In this document: piece by piece, positions 60,739-64,000 of the stretch | Position numbering within the stretch: the first letter of the stretch is position 1 | Layout: each line of letters starts with the position of its first letter | Source: Mantamonas sphyraenae STR306 | Taxonomy: Eukaryota; Protista; CRuMs | Assembly (NCBI GenBank): GCA_026936335.1 | Contig: JAPMXV010000048.1 | Coordinates: forward strand, 1-64,000 | DNA: 64,000 nucleotides | Direction: 5' to 3' | Notes under the pieces: model-generated | Seen by the model: the letters and a program-made list of their open reading frames with translations, nothing else | Databases searched by the model: none | Told to the model about the DNA's origin: nothing | Program-made: the position numbers and the translations under genes

Positions 60739-63700
60739 ATGGAGAACAGTGAGCAACAGGAGGGCAATGTTTGGGGAGCCACACATCGTAGAGATAGACC
60801 TGCAGCATCACGTAAACGCAAGAGGTCCGCCAAGCACCAGCGACGCAAGGGGGGTGGCCGATTTGGCGTCCAGGTGGCTGCGCAGCAAGTGCCCATCCGG
60901 CTCGGGGACCAAGAACAAGAGCAAGAAGAGGAGCCGCAGAGCATTGACCCTGTAACTGACCACGCACCTAAGCGGTCCCGGGTAGAGTCTACCCCATCTG
61001 CATCTTCGAGCTCCAGCTCCAGCTCCAGCTCCGAGACCCCAAACGGCACGGTGGGTTTCCCCTCTTGCAACCTCCATCCCGGCCCAGGTCATGCACTCAC
61101 ACGTACCGAATGCGCGCATGTGTGGACATCCTGTGCCCGTCGCCACTACTTGCAGCCCAATGGTGACCAACAGGCCCCTGCTTCACCTTCAAAGCACCAG
61201 CTGCCTGACAAGCACACATACGAGAGCATCACCTTGGAGCTGATCGAAGATATCAACAAGAACGAGCTCACACACCTAGGACCCAATGCTAAGCACCCCA
61301 AGAGCAACCTAGTTGCCGCTTTTCAACAGTATCAAGGCGGCGAGGTAACCCCTGGTCAAGTGAAAGCGCTCGTGTGGGCGGCCGCCTCAGCATCACTGGA
61401 CCTCCCGCCTCCCGAGCCCCTGCTTACCTCCTACGAGAAATTGAGGCAATTTGTCAACAGTGCATATGTGTGTACATCAAACATGTCTTCAGCCCAGTGG
61501 GATTTGGTGGTCTATGCAAGTTTCTCGGGGCTGATCCCGCTCACAGTGCTCTGGGAACACACTGGGTGCCACTCCTGGACCTACTATGGAGGTATGAATC
61601 GCAATATCATTCGACCTGCATTCCACCTCACGGATGTTCGCATTGACAGCACACCGGCTTTGGAAGTTGACGAGCGACGTTTGATGAGCGTGGAGCTGGA
61701 GGCAGCCACCCTTGTTCAGGCCAAGCTGCTCTCGCTGGACAAAGAGAATGAGCAGGAAAGAGAGACACTGGAAGCGCTCGCAGAGAACTGGATGTCGTCC
61801 ATTGAAGAGCTTTTACACCAGCGTGGAGGCAACAAAAAGGAGCCGCTGTGGGTTCATGGTTCGAGCTGCAAACTCACCTCTGAGCCAGAGAGTGTCATCA
61901 ACAAATACTGTCAAACGTTTCTTGAGAACAACAGTCAGGAGAGGGTCGATATTGTGGAGACACTAATCTGCTTCTGGATGGACCCCAAACACGGTGCCAA
62001 CGCAACACGGTTTCGCGAGTTCCCGTCGATGCGCTCGAGTCTGATTGCCACCACCAATCCACAGACCCTCTGCAAGGCGGCTCTGCTTGCCCAGCGGGTG
62101 ACTGCTGAGCACCAGGAGAACCTGACAAAGGCTCGCCAGTTTGCGGATGAAATTCGTTCCCAGGCGAGGAGCGACAGCGCGTCTGAGGACGAATTGGCCA
62201 TACTCACGTGCTTGGCATTTGTGGGTGTAGTCCCGCTGTGCAAACTTGGCGCTTGGTACAAAGACGTGGAAGAACACGTCCTCGTGCCCGTTTTCGACAA
62301 GCTCGAGTCCATCGAACCCTTCCACGATTACCCCCTACCGCTCCAAATTCTGTTGGAAACTGAGCTACATCGTGCCCATGAACTTCATGCACACGCTTTT
62401 CAGCAAGATCAGGACGCTGCAGCCGCCAACACGAACGACTGCGAGCGAACAGTGCTGCGCAAGGCCTGGCGGAACTCCTTGGTTGGCTTGCTCGAACGAC
62501 AGCACGACGCGTGGGAACACAATGTCAAAGCCATGAACGGCTACAGTGTCACCTCAGACTATTGTGTACAGTGCCTGATTCGATCGGACCGAGCAGCCCC
62601 CCACCACGGCGTGCCGATTGCCCGAGCTATCACATGTTCATGGGTCCACCACATCGCTCAGAAGAAGCAAGTCGCCAAGTTGGCTGCACATGCCGTGTAC
62701 CGCTTTGCGGCGACCGCCTGGATGTCGCCACGTGCCTATCTCAGCAGCAACATGCACAAGACATCGACGGCAACCGAACACACAAGCATCTGTCGCCCAC
62801 TCCTTTGGATCCACTGCTTCGACAGCGACGCCGGCCTTCTTCTGTGGGATCCAAAGCCATCGGGTCGCGCTTCAAGCTCCTCTTTGAACAACAGCGAGCA
62901 CCCTGGCGCCTTTGCGTGGATGGCCAAACAACCCTTCTGTCCGGCCACCTGCCCTGTTGCAGCCAATCTCGACGCCGCCCTGATGGCTCAGAACGCCTTT
63001 CCCTGCCTCACCTATGACACAGCCAAAGAATCTGTCCCTCTCATGGAACCACGACAATGGCGTGCTCGTATGAAGAGGGCCTGGACTGTGCGCAACCACT
63101 ACGTGTACCCACGCTTCGCACTCAAACTTGCCTGGCTCTTGCACTGGCGGCTGCAGAATCTTTCCCCCCATCCGCAGGTCAGTGAGGACTCGTCCGACGA
63201 GGAAGACCGCCATGGCTCCGCTGGCAACACAGAATCCAATGGACCCTTGGATCACCTGCAGCAACTCCGCAAGGACTCCTGGCCCTCCACACGCGTGCAA
63301 GGGACAGTGCTCCACGAATGGGAGATCATCAACCTCCCGCACGTTTTTGCAAACCTCATCGACCACAGCACTCTCAAAGCACTCACAAAGAGCCGCGCGT
63401 CAAACAACGCAAACCGTTCGCGTTCCAAAACTCGCGTGCCCAGAGAAGTCAAGTACTTGTCCGTTTTGGAAGGCAAAGACACCATCGACGCAAACCAAGC
63501 TGTTTCCGTACGAGGCCACGTGGTGGGAGCTCGGCTCGGTTCTCTTTGATCGTGAGTACTCTCGCTGCACCGCAGACTACCGTGCCCTCCGTTCCCGCCT
63601 GAAAGATCTCCCCTTCCCTTGGGTCCCTCCTTCCTATTCGGACGACGACGACGATTTGATTGACTGCCGCGAGCGCTGGGACACGGTCACCGACAAACTC

Positions 63701-64000
63701 CTCCCGTCGATGATCCAGCTTTTTCTGCGCAACAAGAGCGCCTCCGTGTCCACAAACACGACGCATCCAACAGAACAGGACTGCTGGCCACAAACAGGCA
63801 TCCGGCCCATGCCGACAGACCCCTGGAATGACTATGCCGATATCTAGTAGGGATGATTTTCCGATCCACCGCAACCAACCCTGCACCACTGCGCCTCTGG
63901 TCATCGGTCGCCAGCAACCCACACCCATCCACACACAGTCAAGGTTTTCCATGCTGGCGGGATATAGAGACGTGGATTGCAATCCTGCACTGCGCCGGCT
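60739..64000 (+). CDS. Second copy of the large orphan protein (frameshifted after ~62600, truncated by window)
   Basis: 972-aa ORF 60631-63549 continued by 63128-63847; mirror of 2965-6762. Confidence 0.6.

Larger units (their letters stand above)
40001..64000. mobile_element. Right arm of giant inverted duplication; runs off the window
   Basis: Mirror image of the left arm. Most ORFs are intact here (1678, 767, 571, 510 aa) where the left copy has 1-bp indels. Confidence 0.7.

Noticed and set aside
62370-62400. HUH (Helitron Rep) motif in HELHAHAF
   Set aside because: It lies in a predicted helical repeat, with no motif-3 YxxK context and no Pif1 helicase.
1-64000. Polinton/Maverick, Helitron, Starship, complete endogenous NCLDV, rRNA or tRNA genes
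   Set aside because: No PolB, retroviral-type integrase, packaging ATPase, capsid, HUH-Pif1 or DUF3435 motifs were recognised, and no RNA-gene signatures were noticed by eye.

Overview
Eukaryotic (probably protist) nuclear DNA with short GT-AG introns. The window is dominated by a giant, near-identical inverted duplication. The left arm runs from 3516 or earlier to 27501. The right arm runs from 40001 to the window edge at 64000. Between them is a unique ~12.5-kb spacer of host-like genes: a huge secreted Cys-repeat protein, a stand-alone NPC1 N-terminal-domain protein and small membrane proteins. An LRR/ankyrin gene lies on the left flank. Each arm carries the same compact, virus/plasmid-like gene set: (1) a ~1600-aa protein with a herpesvirus UL9-type origin-binding SF2 helicase and a probably degenerate primase (AEP)-like N-terminus; (2) a UvrD/FBH1-like SF1 helicase; (3) between these two genes, a tandem array of palindromic boxes alternating with A/T tracts, a candidate replication origin whose motif recurs at two other intergenic sites; (4) a very acidic small protein; (5) a SET-domain protein; (6) two secreted, probably GPI-anchored beta-propeller (SBBP-like) proteins; (7) three orphan proteins with NLS-like motifs. 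I could not recognise a transposase, integrase, PolB or capsid gene. The best hypothesis is a previously undescribed class of large nuclear mobile or self-replicating element present in two inverted copies. The arms differ mostly by single-base, homopolymer-type indels (a long-read error pattern), so a template-switch or assembly chimera must be excluded. All family assignments are from motif recognition by eye; no searches were run.
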